DNA of 64,000 nt from Macrostomum lignano (taxonomy: Eukaryota), in contig NIVC01003643.1 of assembly GCA_002269645.1 (NCBI GenBank), positions 21,963 to 85,962 on the forward strand. Direction: 5' to 3'. The notes below the pieces were generated by a model. That model saw nothing but the letters and a program-made list of their open reading frames with translations. It was not told where the DNA came from and searched no databases. The position numbers were made by a program, and so were the translations under genes. Shown here one piece after another: positions 62,698-64,000 of the stretch (position 1 is the first letter of the stretch; every line of letters begins with the position of its first letter).

Positions 62698-63793
62698 ATG
62701 TCTTCCTTCTACGAGCGGGTCAAGGCCGTGTACGGCGGCATCCTGGTCTTCGGCCTGTTCGGCAACGCGGCGCGTCGTGCTGACCGCCGCCAAGCAGAAT
62801 ACGGCGCACAAAGCCGTGAACATCTACCTGGGCCACCTGGCCGTGGCTGACATTCTTCATCTGTTGTCAATTCTGCCGCTGATGCACCTGGCCTCTGTGC
62901 AGAGCTGGGTCTGGGGCGAGGCAGCCTGCAAGGCTTACTACATGATCAATTACCTGAACTGGACCGCCAGCATCTTCATCATCACCGCCATGGGATTTGA
63001 CCGATTCGTAGCCGTGGTGCTGCCGGCCAGTCGCAGCGCCTGCGCAGCCGCCGCTTCGCTTGGGGGCTCCTGCTGTGCCTGTGGTCGCTGAGCGGCCTGC
63101 TGGTCAGCCCCATCGGCGTCTCCAGCAGCGTCACCACCTGGGGCGAGGGCGAAAATGCCACCTACAGCTGCGGCCACATCCTGTTTGATAGCTTCGACGC
63201 TTCGAACGGATCCTCGATTGGCGAAGACCCGAATCCCGACGCCTGGTTCACGCGGCAGATAAAGGGCATTGTGCAGAACGAGTTCAGCTTTGCTATGTAC
63301 AATCTTGTAGTTGGCTGCGCAGTGCACTCACTCTGCTCACGGCTTTCTATGGATTAATAATTCACAAGGTGCGGCGTCAGGCCACGGCAACCATCGCCGG
63401 AATCCACCAGGCTCAGCAGCGGCTCAGCCGGGTGAGCAAAATGGTGATTGCCGTCATCGTGTCCTACATTGTCTGCTCCGTGCCGCACTGGATTCACGTC
63501 AACCTCGGCGTCAGGGGCTTCATCCGATGGAATGTCTGGTGGCGTCCTCGCACATCACTACGATTCTCGCTTACCTGAACAGCGCCTTCAATCCCGTTCT
63601 GTACGCCTGCTTCAACAGGCCGTTCTGCAGAAGTCTCAAACGTCTGCTGCCGGCTGGTTTTGTCCGACGCTCGCTTGAACGGCTCGGCTGTCTGCAGCGG
63701 CGGCCAATCCGAGTGCTGCCAGAGAGCGAAATCCCATGCCTCAGCCAGGTGACGTCACTGGGTCGCGCGACGCACTCCCACTATGGAGCTTGA
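62698..63793 (+). pseudogene. Rhodopsin-class peptide GPCR (somatostatin/allatostatin-C/opioid receptor-like) with five frameshifts: pseudogene or sequencing-error artefact
   Basis: Motifs in changing frames: GLFGN (TM1), IYLGHLAVAD (TM2), WVWGEAACK, ASIFIITAMGFDRFVAVVLP (TM3), LWSLSGLLVSP (TM4), P-LTLLTAFYGLI (TM5), RVSKMVIAVIVSYIVCSVPHW (TM6), LAYLNSAFNPVLY (TM7). Shifts at ~62770, 63040, 63141, 63325 and 63515; no in-frame stops once corrected. The start may extend upstream. Confidence 0.8.
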
Positions 63794-64000
63794 GAGTCGC
63801 GTTTAGGGTGTATTGACACTGACAATACTGAACAGAGTGAAATTGCTGACTTTATGTTTTATTGTCCACGTCGTGTACTAATATGGTAATACGACATCGA
63901 CTACAAGTTAAGCAAGTAAATAATAGTAATGACTTTAATAAACGCATTACTATAGAGATGTGTAACTATTGCAGGTGACAGATTCTGCCTCTTTTGATAG

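Overview
Eukaryotic (metazoan) genomic DNA. GC-rich poly-Q/poly-A coding exons, GT-AG introns stuffed with minisatellites and TTAGGG repeats suggest a free-living flatworm such as Macrostomum (inference, not verified). I rebuilt spliced gene models by hand, with reading-frame phase consistent at every junction: (+) a partial FRS2/Gab-like tyrosine-motif adaptor with a large in-frame 24-bp repeat; (-) a 13-exon ankyrin-repeat protein (inversin/ANKRD55-like, ~968 aa); (+) JAGN1; (-) an IRF2BP-family protein; (-) CDC5L; (-) a GT32 (SUR1/OCH1-like) glycosyltransferase; (+) a NIT-domain receptor guanylyl cyclase; and (+) a rhodopsin-class peptide GPCR broken by five frameshifts. About 25 different tandem-repeat arrays are present, many filling an intron almost from splice site to splice site. 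CDC5L intron 1 holds a cluster of non-autonomous DNA transposons (8-bp-TSD MITEs, a 9-bp-TSD MULE-type MITE with a nested hAT MITE, a 2-kb foldback element). A probable solo LTR with three AP-1 sites lies upstream of CDC5L. Best leads: (i) the NIT-GC lacks the first metal-binding Asp but keeps the beta-type catalytic residues, so it may be an obligate-heterodimer or regulatory subunit; (ii) intron-filling minisatellites, including a related 16/17-bp family across four introns of one gene; (iii) the Cys-containing repeat expansion in the adaptor; (iv) the AP-1 LTR; (v) a CpG-deamination signature in the foldback arms. Most long ORFs in the supplied track are read-through of repeats. No rRNA, tRNA or CRISPR array was recognised.
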